This document shows positions 63,300 to 64,000 of a stretch of DNA of 64,000 bases, piece by piece; the first letter of the stretch is position 1; each line of letters starts with the position of its first letter. This stretch comes from Chiloscyllium plagiosum. Taxonomy: Eukaryota. The notes under the pieces were generated by a model. The model saw nothing but the letters and a program-made list of their open reading frames with translations, did not search any database and was not told the DNA's origin. A program made the translations under genes and the position numbers. The stretch lies in assembly GCF_004010195.1 (NCBI RefSeq), contig NC_057719.1, forward strand, positions 16,915,177-16,979,176, given 5' to 3'.

Positions 63300-64000
63300 T
63301 GCATTATGAACAGGTGTTGGCTTGACCACGCTCCACCATTCAATAAGGTCATGTCTGATCAGATTCTAACCTCAACTCCACATTCACACCTACCCTTATT
63401 GACCTTTCACCCCCTCATTTACCAAAAACCTATTCACCTTTGCTTCAAAAAGACTCTGCTTCTATCACATTTTGAGGAAGAGAATCCAAAGATTTACAGA
63501 CCACTAAGAGAAAAAAAAGTCATTTAATCTCCATCTTAACAAACCAACACCTTGTTTTTGCAAGTTCCAATGTGCTACAGCAAGGAACCGTAATGACCTC
63601 CTCAGGAGACAGACACGTGCTGCAACCGACAGGGTACCCTTCATTGTTCAGTATTTCCCAGAAGCCGAAAAACTACACCATGTTCTTCGTGACCTGCAAC
63701 ACGTAATCATATTCTATTAGATTTCCTTATTCTTGGTGCATCTGAATGCTAGTCTTTTGCAATTCATATTCTCGGACACCCAGATCCCTCTGTACCTCAG
63801 AGATTTACAAGTTCTCCTAATTTAAATAATATACTTTCCTCTTCATTCTTCCTATCAAAAATGGACAACTTTACATTTTCACACATCATACTCCATTTGC
63901 TGGAATTTTTCCTGCTCAGCTAACCTATCAATACCTCTCTGTGACCTCATTTTAACAACTTACTTCCCCAGCTATCTTTAATGACAATACCTTTGGTCCC
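63300..64000 (-). mobile_element. Old CR1 3' portion running off the window
   Basis: ctccaccattcaataaggtcatgtctgatc tail signature; tcatactccatttgc near 63890. Confidence 0.6.

Noticed and set aside
36700..64000. Exons of a downstream gene such as BCL11B
   Set aside because: No recognisable coding exon, zinc-finger sequence or CpG island seen in this interval.

Overview
Vertebrate genomic DNA, almost certainly from a cartilaginous fish (shark-type HE1 V-SINEs, HER1/CR1 LINEs, Deu-domain SINEs); the species cannot be fixed from the sequence. The only host protein-coding gene I can support is the 3' part of SETD3 (actin histidine methyltransferase) on the + strand: seven coding exons (5342-5400, 10139-10253, 11981-12055, 16760-16926, 21406-21491, 30303-30463, 34247-34720) with GT-AG introns, consistent phases and the stop at 34718-34720. 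The rest is intronic, 3'UTR or intergenic DNA, rich in retroelement remnants, with assembly gaps at 26819-27469 and 55115-55555. The most notable signal is a set of short Penelope-like (PLE) insertions from three sequence families. They carry minimal hammerhead-ribozyme motifs and several form TSD-flanked inverted repeats, including a perfect 89-bp-arm palindrome at 20466-20645 inside a SETD3 intron. Other observations: tandem arrays of a tRNA-like unit, an inverted duplication of a SINE plus its flank, a templated local insertion, a near-consensus recursive-splice site downstream of SETD3, decayed Gypsy integrase fragments and candidate conserved non-coding enhancers. Repeat boundaries were read by eye and are approximate.
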